Below, in pieces: positions 41,435-55,440 of a DNA stretch of 64,000 nt. The stretch's first letter is position 1. Each line of letters begins with the position of its first letter. The position numbers were made by a program, and so were the translations under genes. Origin of the DNA: Octopus sinensis (lineage: Eukaryota). The notes below the pieces were generated by a model. The model saw only the letters and a list, made by a program, of their open reading frames with translations. It did no database searches and was not told the origin of the DNA. The DNA lies in contig NC_043019.1 in the NCBI RefSeq assembly GCF_006345805.1, positions 8,121,360 through 8,185,359 on the forward strand, written 5' to 3'.

Positions 41435-42194
41435 GTGTGCGTAAGTATGTATGTGTATATATGCATGTATACATATAAGTAAATATATATTTTTTTCTTT
41501 CTTTCCACAACTTGTAATATTTCTGTACCTACCTCATTTCTGCCTTATATATTTCAGTCTCTTTTCTGATATTAACAAAAATTTCAAAGAATTTTCACCG
41601 TCACTAGAAATAGCATTTAAACTTTTCAAAAGATGGTATTTCTTGACTTAACACGCACTTGTCTGACTAGCTATGGCCTAGATTCTAAGACAGAAGCATT
41701 TCGGAGTGGATATCTCTTGTTCGGTTAGAAAAACAGGACGGAATACACTACTAGCTGATAACAGAGGTTGTCACTCTTAAGATATTCGCGTTTGAATATG
41801 CCCCGAATATGTATGATCTGGTAATAAAATTGCAGTTACTCACATCACCGTTTAGTGCTTCCACCGCGTAATTTGATTTCGGTGACCGGTATTGTTGCGC
41901 ATCATATCATATTTCTGGGAAGGAAGAAGAGATAACCGTTTCGATATGTTTGCACCTCACATTCTGGCAAGGTGGTGCCGCCAGATGATTTTAGATGTAA
42001 GGACTGACTGTGGTCAAGACTGATTGAGTTCGATTATAAATGATCAAAACAAAATAAAATTCCTGTTGAGTACATGACATCACTGAGTTGTGCTTGCGAT
42101 TTTTTCACTCGTTGGTGATGTCTTCCACACAATGTGTATTTTTTATGTTATGTGTGTATATATTATATATACATATATATGCATGTGTGTATAA

Positions 42195-42235
<41 letters not shown>

Positions 42236-42368
42236 GCCCTCTATATATAAATTAATATGTTCAATAAGAAAGAATTATTTTCGAAATTTTTTCTTTTATG
42301 AGGTTTTTCACGCTATCTACCCGATAATTTCTTGTTAAGTTTCCTTATTAAGAAGTTGTCCTTAATTG

Positions 42369-42451
<83 letters not shown>

Positions 42452-42591
42452 ATACAAAATATGTGGGTTTAGTTCACAGGTGATGTAAACGATTAAGTAC
42501 GCCAGGTAAGTGGTGTAACGGGTTACTAGGCCTCCAAGGTTGTAGCCGAGATGGTAGTTATGGAGCCATTGCGGATTTCCGATGAAGTGGA

Positions 42592-42717
42592 TATATAATC
42601 GTTAAAGAGGACAACAAAAGTTAAGGCAAGTCAAACATCTCAAGTCATATAGATTACTATTATTGAAAAATCAAAACCCTACAGCTGTGTCTGGGATATC
42701 CGGAATATGGGGTATAG

Positions 42718-42722
<5 letters not shown>
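42592..42722 (-). mobile_element. 5'-truncated terminal-repeat-like fragment (3' half of hammerhead plus tail) between (TA)n tracts
   Basis: Minus strand GACA-CAGCTG-TA-GGGTTTTG (GAAA mutated), then a T-rich tail running into tatata. Confidence 0.45.
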
Positions 42723-42785
<63 letters not shown>

Positions 42786-42827
42786 TATATATATATATAT
42801 GGTATGTGTTGTGTGTGTGTGTATTGA

Positions 42828-43085
42828 ACGCACGTGGTCCATAATATGGGGTCGTTGCGTGCACGATCTCGGAATCGTGATTCCAAATTCAGACAGGCTG
42901 CGCATTGAGTTCTTGGGCAAGATAATACATTCTATATTGCTCCAGTCCACTCAGCTGTAAATGGGATAATTGTCCTGCTCACGCAGCCAGTGGGTTGGCA
43001 TCGTTCAAAAGTGAAAAGGATGCAAAGTGCGTTGGGACCAGCGATATATAACATCCATTAATCTAGTCGATACCCTGATTCTGTG
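42828..43085 (+). mobile_element. SINE family C, degenerate, tail type Z
   Basis: ttgggcaaga..ttgctccagtccactcagctgtaaatg. Confidence 0.7.
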
Positions 43086-43269
43086 GGATATACATATGTA
43101 TGTATGTTTTATGTATGCATGCTTGTATGTATGTATGTATGTATGTATGCATGTATGTATGTATGTATGTATGTATCTATCTATCTATCTATACACACAC
43201 ACATATATATATATAGGTATTTATCTGTCTATATACTTGTTTGTTTCACTATCTATCTCTCTGTCCATG

Positions 43270-43290
43270 TATCTATCTATCTATCCATCC

Positions 43291-43360
<70 letters not shown>
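43270..43360. repeat. (ATCT)n microsatellite
   Basis: Direct observation. Confidence 0.95.
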
Positions 43361-43363
43361 ATA

Positions 43364-43425
<62 letters not shown>

Positions 43426-43428
<3 letters not shown>

Positions 43429-43603
43429 CGTCTGCCGTTACGTTCTGAGTTCAAATTCCGCCGAAGTCGACTTTGCCTTTCATCCTTTTGAGGTCGATAA
43501 ATTAAGTACCAGTTACGCACTGGGGTCGATATAATCGACTTAATCCGTCTGTCTGTCCTTGTTTGTCCCCTTTATGTTCAGCCCCTTGTGGGTAATAAAG
43601 AAA
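43426..43603 (+). mobile_element. SINE family B, 5'-truncated
   Basis: Close match to the reverse complement of 27965-28145. Confidence 0.85.
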
Positions 43604-43862
43604 CATATATGTATATATATATATATATAATTTGTATATTTAAATATTCGCACAAATATATATATTTTCATTTCCTAAACGTACACAAACATTAATATAA
43701 GTACTTAGACATCTATACATATGTGTGTGTATACGTGTCCATATAATCGACCCCAATATTTGCATACACACACACACACACACACATATTTTTATTACCA
43801 TTCCTTAGGTCTGTATATTTTGTTTTGCTCTAAATCTTTCTTCACCAGTGGAGTACTCTAAG

Positions 43863-43913
<51 letters not shown>

Positions 43914-44423
43914 TGTGTGTGTGTTTGTATGTGGAAGCGTACGCAACAAGTAACACGTCTTTGAACACATTATATGTTTTATTGGAACATAATGGATGTT
44001 CCAGTCTCCCTTCCACTCGTCACCCACTCGTCACAAACCGAAGCAAACCATGTGGGATATATTGGGACAATTATCGGCGAAGAAGAGATCGATTGGGTCG
44101 ATGTCTAGACATTGTATTGACACAAACAGAACCAATCAAACCATCAACCAATCAAATATTCACAGTCCTTTGCACACCCACCGGAATCACACCCCACCGC
44201 TCTCACAACAAGTATGTAGGCCGCCTTTCCTACACACGTATCTACCTTAATACCCACCCACTTGTCGAAGTGCACACACACACACACACTCATACACATA
44301 TATGTAAGTATGTATACATATATATACACACACACACATATATATATATATATAATATATATTATATATATATATATATATATTAATATATTATGTATGT
44401 CTGTGTATGTGTATATACGTACC

Positions 44424-44461
<38 letters not shown>

Positions 44462-44809
44462 TGTCTATTTTCTAACCGACTGGCCTGTAGACATACTCAC
44501 TTACCTAGAAAAACACCTACCTATCTAAATAACTGTGTAACTAACTTTCTACTGAAGTACCTACAAACTGTATAGTTAATTACATACAAGTGTCGACGCT
44601 GAGATAAGTTTTAACACTAAAGGAGACTGAGACACGCTTCACATACTTACACGTACAACAACACTTCAAGCACACACAGACACACACACATAGATACACA
44701 CACAGACACACACATAGAGAAGCAAACAAATCTATGTTAGTATATTTTCCTATAAAGCTGGATATATATATATAATATATATATATATTATATATATATA
44801 TGTATATAC

Positions 44810-44840
<31 letters not shown>

Positions 44841-44841
<1 letters not shown>

Positions 44842-45004
44842 GAGCAGAAGCGGCTCTATGGTATGTAAATTGCTTACCAACCACATGGTCCCTGGTTCAG
44901 TCCCACTGCGTGGCACCTTGGGCAAGTGTCTTCTGGTATGGCTTCGGGTCGTTCAATGCCTTGTGAGTCGATTTGGTAGACGGAAACTTAAAGAAGCCCG
45001 TTGT
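44841..45004 (+). mobile_element. SINE family A, 5' half
   Basis: Matches the head through gatttggtagacggaaact..aagaagccc. Confidence 0.85.
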
Positions 45005-45078
45005 ATGTATGTATATATATGTATGTGTGTGTATATAAATGTATATGTGTGTGCATATATATATATGTATGTATGTAG

Positions 45079-45162
<84 letters not shown>

Positions 45163-45185
45163 GTGTGTGTGTATACATATGTATG

Positions 45186-45406
45186 TATAAATATTCAGTA
45201 TGTGACTGACCTTATTACAGAATTTTCAACAAATTCATTCATATTTATGAAAAGTAGAAGATTGGATGTTAAGACGGATTTTAGTTTATACTTTCATGAA
45301 AATGAAAATAAATTCCATTTGAATGTCCAGTCTCCTTCATTTCATAAATATGAATGAATTTGTTGAAAATTCTGTAATAAGTTCAGTCATATACTGATTA
45401 TTTATA
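45186..45406. repeat. Fold-back element, ~70-90-bp inverted arms
   Basis: tataaatattcagtatgtgactgaccttattacagaattttcaacaaattcattcatatttatgaaa is mirrored at about 45343-45406. Confidence 0.85.
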
Positions 45407-45590
45407 TAAAAGCTTCCATATCTATACGAAAGTCTTTTTTAAAATTCGTGAGGAAATATGAAGAAAAGACAAGAAATCGAAGGAAAAATTCCAGTTAAGG
45501 GACGAACAGTCATCCGATAAACTATATATATAATACGCAATATATATACATATATATATATAATATGCAATATTTATACATATATATATA

Positions 45591-45777
45591 CTCTTTTATT
45601 CTTTCACTTGTTTCAGTCATTTGACTGCGGCCATGCGGGAGCACTGCCTTTAATCGAGCAACTCGACCCCGGGACTTATTCTATCGGTCTCTTTTGCCGA
45701 ACCGTTAAGTGATGGGGACGTAAACACACCAGCATCGGCTGTCAAGCAATGCCAGGGGGACAAACACAGATACACAA

Positions 45778-45809
<32 letters not shown>

Positions 45810-45939
45810 GCATATATACGACAGGCTTCTTTTAGTTTCCGCCTACCAAATCCACTCACAAGGAATTGGTCGGCCCGGGGCTATAGTAGGAGACACTTGC
45901 CCAAGATGCCACGCAGTGGGACTGAACCCGGAACCATGT
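45591..45939 (-). mobile_element. SINE family A, 5'-truncated
   Basis: High similarity to 53082-53523. Confidence 0.9.
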
Positions 45940-45949
45940 ATATATATAT

Positions 45950-46009
<60 letters not shown>

Positions 46010-47093
46010 CATACATATATAGGCGGCTCTATTTGGTGGACAGTTAAATGGACACTGTATATGCATGTCGTTATTCAGTTTTATATCAAGATTTCCTGCC
46101 AAAAGTGAAAGAACCGGTTTCTCATCTAGATCCAAGTTTTCTTCACAGGAATCTCAACATCAACAGTTTATTTTTGTATATATGTATGTGCCTTTTATTT
46201 TTTGTACGTACGTACGTATGTATGTATGTAATACGTATATATGTGTGTGTGTGTGTTTTTCCATATATCACTCATCACCGCTTGACAACTGTTGTTGCGT
46301 TAGACTAAAAAACAGAACACTTTAATCGCTCCACTCCACTGAACTCTGGACTGCAGCTTTGCATCAAGGCTGCAACATATTGACTGAGACAAGGGTATTA
46401 TATTTATTGAAGTAGAGAATTACAATTTATTACACCAAACTTCACCTCCCCTATCATTGTACATCGTTTGAAGATTGGAAAATGTAAATAATCAGCGACA
46501 CTCTTCGGCATTGACAGAAAACATAAGCAGAAGTTAAACAACTTTTAATCTGCAACCGATTTAAAATTTCTACTGATATTATCGCTAAATTAAATAGGCT
46601 GCGGAACATGATTCGACTTTCTGTCTACTTCTTTGCGCAAAGTTTGTTATGACTTCATTTTAAAGAAAACAAACTTCCACAGCAGATCGAAGATGTTTGA
46701 AGCCTACGATTATGTAAAACTCACTACTTTTATTGTAAATGTAGTTTCTAGCAGCCTTGATTACATTGTCTTTCTAATGTATCTACATTCATCGTTTCAT
46801 TAATTTCTTAATTTCTCCCTTTTTAAAGAAAATATTACTATTTACTGCCCCTTTCTTATCTTCTTATTCCCCGCTGTCCTTCCTTTGAGTTGCTCTCAAA
46901 CATAATAAATGTCATAATTATTCATGACCCTAAAATATGAAACTATAAATACCTGTAGAACTAACGAGGATGGCAAAATAAAGGAAAGGAAAGAATTGAA
47001 ATAAAGCGAGAAATTATGAAAATGAGACTCCAGAAGTAATAGAAATAGAATAACCTTGAATATCATTTTCTTAAAGTATTATAGCTGTAAAGT

Positions 47094-47465
47094 GGAGGTG
47101 CAATGGCCCAGTGGTTAGGGCAGCGGTTTCGCGGTCGTAGGATCGCGGTTTCGATTCCCATACCGGGCGTTGTGAGTGTTTATTGAGCGAAAAGACCTAA
47201 AAAGCTCCACGAGGATGGTGGTGATCCCTGCTGTACTCTTTCATCACAACTTTCTCTCACCCTTACTTCATGCTTCTGTTGTACCTGTATTTCAAAGGGC
47301 CGGCCTTGTCACTCTCTGTGTCACGCTGAATATCCCCGAGAACTACGGTAAGGGTACACGTGTCTGTGGAGTGCTCAGCCTCGTGTACGTTAACTTCACG
47401 AGCAGGCTGTTCTGTTGAACGGATCAACCGGAACCCTCGTCGTCGTAACTGACGGAGTGCTTCCT
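47094..47465 (+). mobile_element. SINE family D head, tail type Y
   Basis: Same head as 28361; tail shared with 29150-29290. Confidence 0.85.
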
Positions 47466-48995
47466 TTTTCCCTATAGCTGTACAGTCATTCAGATACGTT
47501 TGCAACGTGCGTCTTGTAACACAATAATAAGAAAAGACAAGTAGAGCAAGATTGACATGGAAGAGGCAAAGGATGTAAGGAATCTCTATGTTTTCATATT
47601 ATAGCGACATCGATCAAGTGGGATATTTTTACGAAGGATGTATATGTATGTGTGTGCGTCTACAAGGGAAGTATGTGAACGTTTGTATCTATGATTATTA
47701 TGTACTTTATTCTGTATCTTATTCATATATAAAATGCTACAACTAGCCATCGTTTCTGACAGCACGGAGCCAGCTAATATTAATAATATTCTGCGTTCAT
47801 GAAAATTGGTTTTCGTTCACTGTATAATAATTTCTAGCTACTTAACATTTTAATGTTCCCTGCATTAAATATTATACCACTGAATTAACAGAATGAGACT
47901 CATTCGAAAGGGTACCAATTAGTTATTTTAAAAGTTATCGAATGCAGTTTTGTTTATAAATACGGATTGCCATGTGTATTGAAAATAAAATTATTTTACA
48001 GACATTAATATTCAGAAAAGCAAAACATAAAAAATATAACGGAAAGTGACGTTGGGGAAATGCTACATAAAAGCTTCAGGAAAATTCTAGGAATATGAAA
48101 ATGGATATTTTAATCTGATGGCATGATGGTACAAATTCTATTCGGTTAACTTTCTAACTGTATTTTTTTAGTCATCATTGTGAATATTAATATTTAGAGA
48201 GCTAAAATTTATACTACTCATGGAACAAAATAGTATAAACCAAAATAATCTTATAAATTTTGATATGTTCCATCAGTTTTATGGTTGTATGTGTGAAATG
48301 ATATTTCAAAATGAAAAAAAAAAAGAATGAGATAGAGGAGAGAGAGAAAGAGAGAATACAATGAAAGAAAGAAAAAAGAGATATGGGAAGAGATGGTGGT
48401 GCGAAAGAGAGGGACCAATTATTTATAATGTGCTTTATATACCTTTGATAGTTTGATATAGTTCTTCCTTGAGCATTTTTGCCACCGTTCTTTTTTTATA
48501 AAATACCGTGTTTTCCATTAAATATGGATACCTGTACCATTGCTGCCTTGAAGTGTAGAACTCAGAGTCATTAAATATACATTGAAAAACGGGGAATTGT
48601 ACACTGTACACATTGATTCCACTCTGTAAATAAAACAAGAGTAACACATTCTCTTCTGTTGCATTTGGGATGTGAAATGCGATAGAGATTCACACATTCG
48701 GGTAGGTAGGTTTTTTTCAAATTGTTGGCTCTCTATTGTTTCACTTAAGTGAGAAAAAACAGTGAATTTTTAATAATGTAACTTTTACTATATGTATGAC
48801 TGTATGTATGTATGTATATATATCTGCGTATGTACACACACACACATATGTATTTATACACAGATATATAACTTCACGTACATATACATTTATGTGTATA
48901 TACATATGTATAAATAGGCGTACACATATATATACACATCTATAAGTATGCATATATAATATATATATATATATATATATACATATATATATGTT

Positions 48996-49037
<42 letters not shown>

Positions 49038-49059
49038 TAGATAGATATATATGTATGTT

Positions 49060-49119
<60 letters not shown>

Positions 49120-49576
49120 ATATATACATATATACATGTTTCATATACATACATATATATATATATATATGTATGTATATAAAAGCATTATTAATAATAA
49201 GGAGGAGGAGGCTTACTGTAATCTTTATTCAGCATGACTATGATTTCGGCTTACATCTGCACCGCTCCCTGGTGGTAGGGGAATATAATGGAGTAGTATA
49301 AAGGTACGCCGATACAATCATCGTGCTAATTAACGATTAAAGTACACTGTATGTCCCCTATCAATCATGTAAAAAATACTAAACCTGCACACCGGAATTT
49401 CTTACGAAGATCCTGTGACAAAATCGCAGTACCGCAGATGACGCCTCTGGGTGTGAATGGTGAACGTGCTCTCAATGCACACTATTAGGGAGTACCAGAA
49501 ACAAGTTTTGGATGCGACATTTCACCCATCGAAAATTTTGATTTCAAATACAGCCTATATATATATATGTATATAT

Positions 49577-49688
49577 AACGTTAAATCCTCCTTCTTTCTT
49601 TCTTCTCTTGAGTGTTCAATAACACTATACTTGTTCCACGTCCTCGCGTTGTGTTTTCTCTTTGTGTTTTCATGTTTGGATTAACTTT
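49577..49688 (+). mobile_element. Isolated terminal-repeat-like tail flanked by (TA)n
   Basis: Starts AACGTTAAA, like the stem III/cleavage region at 52152, followed by a similar T-rich tail. Confidence 0.45.
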
Positions 49689-49753
49689 ATATATATATAT
49701 TCAATAGATAGTCAGATAGACAAGAATGAGTACGTTTATGCAGCTACTTGATA

Positions 49754-49860
49754 AATATTACACTTGTTTCGATAAAACATAGAGCCATATTTACACAGGA
49801 TTTAAATTAAGCAACGGTTTACCTGTATAATGGGATCCACTTGTATCTACTCAGGTGATA
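49754..49860 (-). ncRNA. Degenerate hammerhead-like motif with long stem II
   Basis: TATCAC-CTGAGTA-GATA..(CCATTATACAGG..CCTGTGTAAATATGG)..TATC-GAAA-CAAGTG-TA; stem I is poor. Confidence 0.35.
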
Positions 49861-50335
49861 TAAAGTCGCTGTCCGTGTTAGTAAAACTTTTTACTTTGAT
49901 GCTAGCACATCCAACTTGCTGTTTCGAATCTAGTAGACGCTAACTGTCGACGTGTTTCTTCACGGTCGACACGTGCAGCATCGGATACGCTGGCTGTCCA
50001 TTTTTGGTGCACATGATAGGTTGCATATGTGTTTTTATTTCGCAACTTATTTCACAATTACACTCACACATGCGCTTAATTTAAATGCTATGTGGATGTG
50101 GACGTATGTTGCATCGAAATATGTGTAGTGTTTATTATATAGGAAGTCTAAACGCATTTATTCTTGACTCTATTCAATATTATTTTATTTTCCCACTCGA
50201 TGAATACCTAAACCCAACCTAACACTACCGGCTGCTGGGTAATTCTAAGGGCGAAGGAGCTCTACTGTGTACTCTAATACCTTCCCAAAGGAGTACACCA
50301 TATATATATATGTGTCTGTGGGTTTGTATGCACAC

Positions 50336-50388
<53 letters not shown>

Positions 50389-51531
50389 GGACATGCGTGT
50401 GTGTATTGTGTATTGAGAAAAAGGAGGAAAATATTTTTGATTTTTGGGAAAAAGTATATAGAGAAATATATATATATACACGCTTTGCGCACGCATATAC
50501 GTGTTGGTGAGTACAGTAAATTTGTAAAATGTAGAATCCTTGTATTAGTTTCATTGTAGAAATGTTTATTTCCTATTTCATGTAAGGAGAGAAAAATATT
50601 TAAAATGGATGCATAGTTGTGTATATTAAATATGTCGTTTCTTTTTATAGGTTAAAAGAGAAGGTGTAGAATATCGAAGAATTATGAAGTATTTGATAGT
50701 GAAGCCAACGGAAACCGTAAGAAATGTTTGCAAAATTCCAACTGGCAAATCGAGATGATGTCTAACCGTATACAAAATTGAAATATTGGGAATTTATGCA
50801 TTCATATTATATAATATGAATAAAATGCTGTAACTGGTTTAAAGTAGCTAGGTGGGCTTTATGTAATTTAGCTAAAGGTGTCTGAAATAGAGCCAGAAGC
50901 AGTGTATTTGCGGTCGAAACATTTCTCTCGTGGGCGGAATTCAACTTGACAGGTTTTATATAGAAATTTGAAGAAGACATTTACGCTGAGGTTACTTCAA
51001 GTTAAAAGACTCATTGGAGCATGCGCAACACACTTCTATATAAAATCTTTCAACTCATAAGTACGTAGCTTCTAAGAATTTGCTTTTAGTTATTTTGTTT
51101 ATTATTTATTTGATGCTGCTTGCGTAGTTGGTTATCAGTCAAATTTGAAGTGGATAATTAGTAGAGCCGCTGGTGTGGTAGTCGTGGAAAAGACTATCAG
51201 CTGCGGCTCGGGATCTGTGATATTCAGAATAGAGAGGATCTGGCGAAAGTTCCGCACATGAAAACGGCAGTGGAAATCAGGTTCCCTCAAAGCGGACATC
51301 GTAATGTCAACACCAATATGTTAGTGAATATTTGTCCATAGACAACTAGTAAGATAGACACGCACAAATATAGATAGATACAGAGAAAGAGAGTGAGAGA
51401 ACAGAGAGTTGGAGAAATGGAGATAGAGAGAGAGATTGTCAAAGAAAGCATAAATATTAAAACGTGACTGTTGCTAATACGGCTCCTCTGGCCATAGATA
51501 CATTCATATATATATATATATATTTATATAT

Positions 51532-52252
51532 GACTCCTTCACCTGCACTTCTACCAATGTCATCTACTATATCTCCTGCTCTCTCTGCCTTTCTCTATAC
51601 ATCGGGCAAACGGGACGCCGCTTGCCTGACCGATTCGCGGATCACCTCCGAGACATTCGACTCGGCAGTGACACACCGGTCTCGCTTGATTCCCGCTCTA
51701 CCGGTCACTCCTTGCAACACCTGTCCGTGTTCGGATTGTACTTACACAGCACCATACGGGCTCCCTATTGCGCCGTGAATAGGGATTAATCTCTCCTCGC
51801 TCCTTTGCGCCACATGGGCTAAGCTTTCCCACCCCTCTTCGTATAACTTCCTCCCCTCTCATCTCTCGTCCCCACAACTACTTCCTCCCTTTCTTGCTCC
51901 CACTCCTACTTTTCTCTCCAATCCTATCCTCCTTCTCTCTTCTCATCTCTCCTACCCACCTTCTCCTTCCCCTTCGTCATCACTCCTCCCTGTAATCCCA
52001 CCCACCCCTACATATTCCAACCCCACCATCCCTATCCTTCACATCCCTTCAGTCCGGCATTCACCATGATATATCGCTAGCCACTACACATTCTTTATTT
52101 TCTCTCCTTGTTTCTTTCTGCGTTCCTTTCTGTGGAAGAGCGTAGGCTCGAAACGTTAAAGACTTTTTCACTTCCCGAGCGTTAAACTAATACATCTGTT
52201 TGTTGTCTACACCACCTGTCTTCGTCTTTTGCTTTTTTTGTGAATTCTCCCC
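51532..52252 (+). mobile_element. 5'-truncated Penelope-like element (GIY-YIG remnant + 3' UTR + terminal repeat) inserted in (TA)n
   Basis: DSFTCTSTNVIYYISCSLCLSLYIGQTGRRLPDRFADHLRDIR..PVS..GHSLQHLSV in a frame absent from the ORF track; (TA)n on both sides. Confidence 0.92.
52125..52162 (+). ncRNA. Minimal hammerhead-like motif with variant core
   Basis: CTTT-CTGTGGAA-GAGC(gtag)GCTC-GAAA-CG-TT-AAAG. Confidence 0.65.
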
Positions 52253-52336
52253 ATATATATATATATATTCGTAGGCATGTATGTATGTATATGGATATAT
52301 ATGCACATATTATTTATGTATACACACGTGTGTGCG

Positions 52337-52367
<31 letters not shown>

Positions 52368-53081
52368 ATACATATACATATATGCATGTATATAAACATT
52401 AGTAAGTCTGTATGCGTATATGTATACAGACGCAGATATATGTATATATATATATATATATACATATATATATACGCCTTTGCATAATGCTCAACACGTT
52501 GGTAATATATCTGTTACGAAAGATACACAATGACTTCTTCGTAAAGAAAACACTTAGTTTCAGATATTTGTTTTCGTAATATAACACTACCACATTTCCT
52601 TCATACATTTTTGTGCTCTCTCTATCTCTCTCTTTTTTTCTCTCTCTCTATCTATCTATATATCTATCTATCTATCTCACTTTCTCTGTCTGTCTGTCTC
52701 TGTATATCTCTCTCTTTCACTCTCTTTCTTTATCTCTCCCTCTCTTTCCCTCCATCTTTCTCTCTCGCCCTCGTTTTTCTCATCCTCAACCAACCGATAT
52801 CCATTCACATAGTTTTATAGTATTTGTCTTTGTATTTTTTCCTGTTGCAATATTTATGTTGGTGAATTGTGTATTTTAAATACAAGATAACTGAGACACC
52901 GTATTCCTATGTAAACATCGTTAGAAAACATGAGATGAAAATAAATACACCTGAGAAACCTACCTATCTATAATTATTCTACGGACCCTCGATGAATGTT
53001 CTATGTAGTTGCATTGTCTGCTAGAAATATCAGTCAAACTCACTCAAATCGCAGCCTGTTTTCTTTAATATATGTAAATCT

Positions 53082-53304
53082 CTCACTTTACTCTTTTACT
53101 TGTTTCAGTCATTTGACTGCAGCCATGCTGGAGCACCGCCTTTAATCGAGCAACTCGAGCCCGGGACTTATTCTTTTTGTAAGCCCAGTACTTATTCTAT
53201 CGGTCTCTTTTGCCGAACCGCTAAGTAACGGGGACATAAACACACCAGCATCGGTTGTCAAGCAATGCTAGGGGGACAAACACAGACACACACACAAACA
53301 CGCA

Positions 53305-53358
<54 letters not shown>

Positions 53359-53523
53359 TACGACAGGCTTCTTTCAGTTTCCGTCTACCAAATCCACTCA
53401 CAATGCATTGGTCGGCCCGGGGCTATAGCAGAAGACACTTGCCCAAGTTGCCACGCAGTGGGACTGAACCCAGAACCATGTGGTTGGTTAGCAAGCTACT
53501 TACCACACAGCCACTCCTGCGCC
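53082..53523 (-). mobile_element. Full-length tRNA-derived SINE (family A) with internal (TA)n/(TG)n
   Basis: Head GGCGCAGGAGTGGCTGTGTGGTAAG..GGTTCAGTCCC, tail CCAGCATGGCTGCAGTCAAATGACTGAAAC; many copies in the window. Confidence 0.9.
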
Positions 53524-53574
53524 TACGTCAGTATTTATTTGTTTCTGCGATGCACTCGTTTTATATCCTTTCCC

Positions 53575-54000
53575 ATGTCCACCCCTGAATGTGCGGTCGT
53601 TTGGTCATTCGTTGATGAAGCTGAAGCCATATTTCGCCATTTATCTCGGTGTTTTGCTGCCTTCTGTGCGTCGGCAAAATTGACGCCATCCAATCTTCGA
53701 TGTTACCATACTATCTTATATCGAGCCTGCCTTATTTTCATAGACCTTCTATTGTGCCATGCGGCATCGTTTTTGCCTAGTCAGAGCTTCTTGTGGCATG
53801 GCCAAGCCATCTCAGTTTCCTTGTCTTTACAAATATCAGCAGAGTCTTGTGTAGTCCAAAAGCCTGAGCTATTCTCGACCTTACTAAACGATCCCATGTA
53901 TTCCAATGCACCCGCTATTCAATCCACACATTTTCTCTCCTGATGAAAACTCTGCATTCTAGAATCACTTGCAATCGAAATGCATCTCTAAAAGAGAGTG
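53575..54000 (-). pseudogene. RTE-clade LINE 3' remnant
   Basis: Minus strand KTRKLRWLGHATR..AKTMPHGTIEG..GR..NIEDW, typical of the RTE C-terminus. Confidence 0.75.
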
Positions 54001-54661
54001 CAATCACATAAATGCATTTTAACATCCTTTTTACGCATTTAAAGAGACAGGTTACGTCCCAATGTTGATTCTGTGCCTTATTTTTTCGGGCTTTCTTTTT
54101 GTATGAATCAATGAAGAAATCCGCTGCCATAAATTTGCAGTGAATAATTGCAAAATTTTCATTACTGCTGGAGAAACCAAAATATCACATTTGCGGTTCC
54201 GCAGATCCAATGCTAAGTATTACCGCATTATGTAATGTTTTCTTGTAAAAGCCTGAAGACTTGATTGTAGCACTTAACATAACGATGTAATCTGACGAGA
54301 AGAATATTCCGTACCAATTTCTTCCAAACCATGAAAACATACTTCGACCACTTCATTTGGTTGGCGCTAATATCCATTCAGGATTAGTGAGAATAAATTG
54401 ATTAATTTGAGGTGAGTATTAAGATCAAGCAGTTGATCACTCTTAGGCAGTAAATTAATTATCAAATTTAAATAATTTCGAATAAGTACAAATAGAAATA
54501 TCTGCTCGGATGAACTTACCATTAATTACAAATCTAGTTTATCCAATATCAGTCTTACTTGAAAAGACGGTATTAAAAAAGTATTTCGTCCAAGCCATCA
54601 ACCCATGTTTTTTTAAAATTTAAATTATCGGACCACGGTTGCAGTTAAAGAACGAGCTGAT

Positions 54662-54990
54662 ACTTGTTTCATCCACCCTGTGAGGATGAACGGCAGAATG
54701 TGATCTATAAACGTAAGGACGGACTAAATGCCGCTAAGCATTTTGTCCGGCGTGATAACGATTCTGCCAACTCGCCGCCTTATTTCCAGATAATGATGGT
54801 TTCAAATTTGCGCACAAGGCCAGCAGTTTCAGGAGAGAGGCTATATCGATTACATCGACCCCAATATTTAAACGACCCCCACATGGATGTAAGGTAAAAT
54901 CGACATCGGCGGAATTAAAATCAGAGCGTCAAGACTGACAAAATGACAAAAGTACTTTTTCCGGCGTGCTAACGATTCTGGCAGCTTACC
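54662..54990 (-). mobile_element. Two tandem degenerate family B SINEs
   Basis: acgattctgccaactcgccgcc and acgattctggcagcttacc heads. Confidence 0.7.
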
Positions 54991-55019
54991 ATCTTAATTA
55001 AAGGTAACATTATCACAAC

Positions 55020-55440
55020 CCAGATGATGTTCGAAATATTTAATGACGCTTGAGATGCTAATTGGTGTTTGTGATCCTTCATGGTATTTGGAACCCTTGA
55101 AATATTAGAAGCCCTGGTTGACATTTAAATGCCTTTACGCCCTGAAAGTAAGTAGAGTACTGAATAACATCCGATAGCCTTAATGTCACGTCGATGTTCT
55201 TACGACAGTTCAAGGCTCTAATGAGAATTGAACGCCTCAATATAAGATGGTTTCAATGGTTCTTATGACATTTTCAAGATTTATGCTTTATTGAATGTCT
55301 TAATGATATAGAAATGGTAGAATGGCATTTAGAGACCTAAGACAATTGAAGGTCGTAGCGATATTTGAACGTCTTAATGACATCACATAACGCTAATGAT
55401 TTATCAAAACGTTTATATTTCAATGGCTTAATGGCATCTC
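55020..55440. repeat. Ancient ~19-bp minisatellite
   Basis: Recurring units near GACATTTGAACGTCTTAAT, e.g. gatatttgaacgtcttaat, ctttattgaatgtcttaat. Confidence 0.65.

Noticed and set aside
41844-41914. Minus-strand exon-like segment ending in GTGAGT
   Set aside because: Stops in all three frames.
55020-55440. CRISPR-like array
   Set aside because: Units are contiguous and diverged with no repeat-spacer alternation; eukaryotic context.
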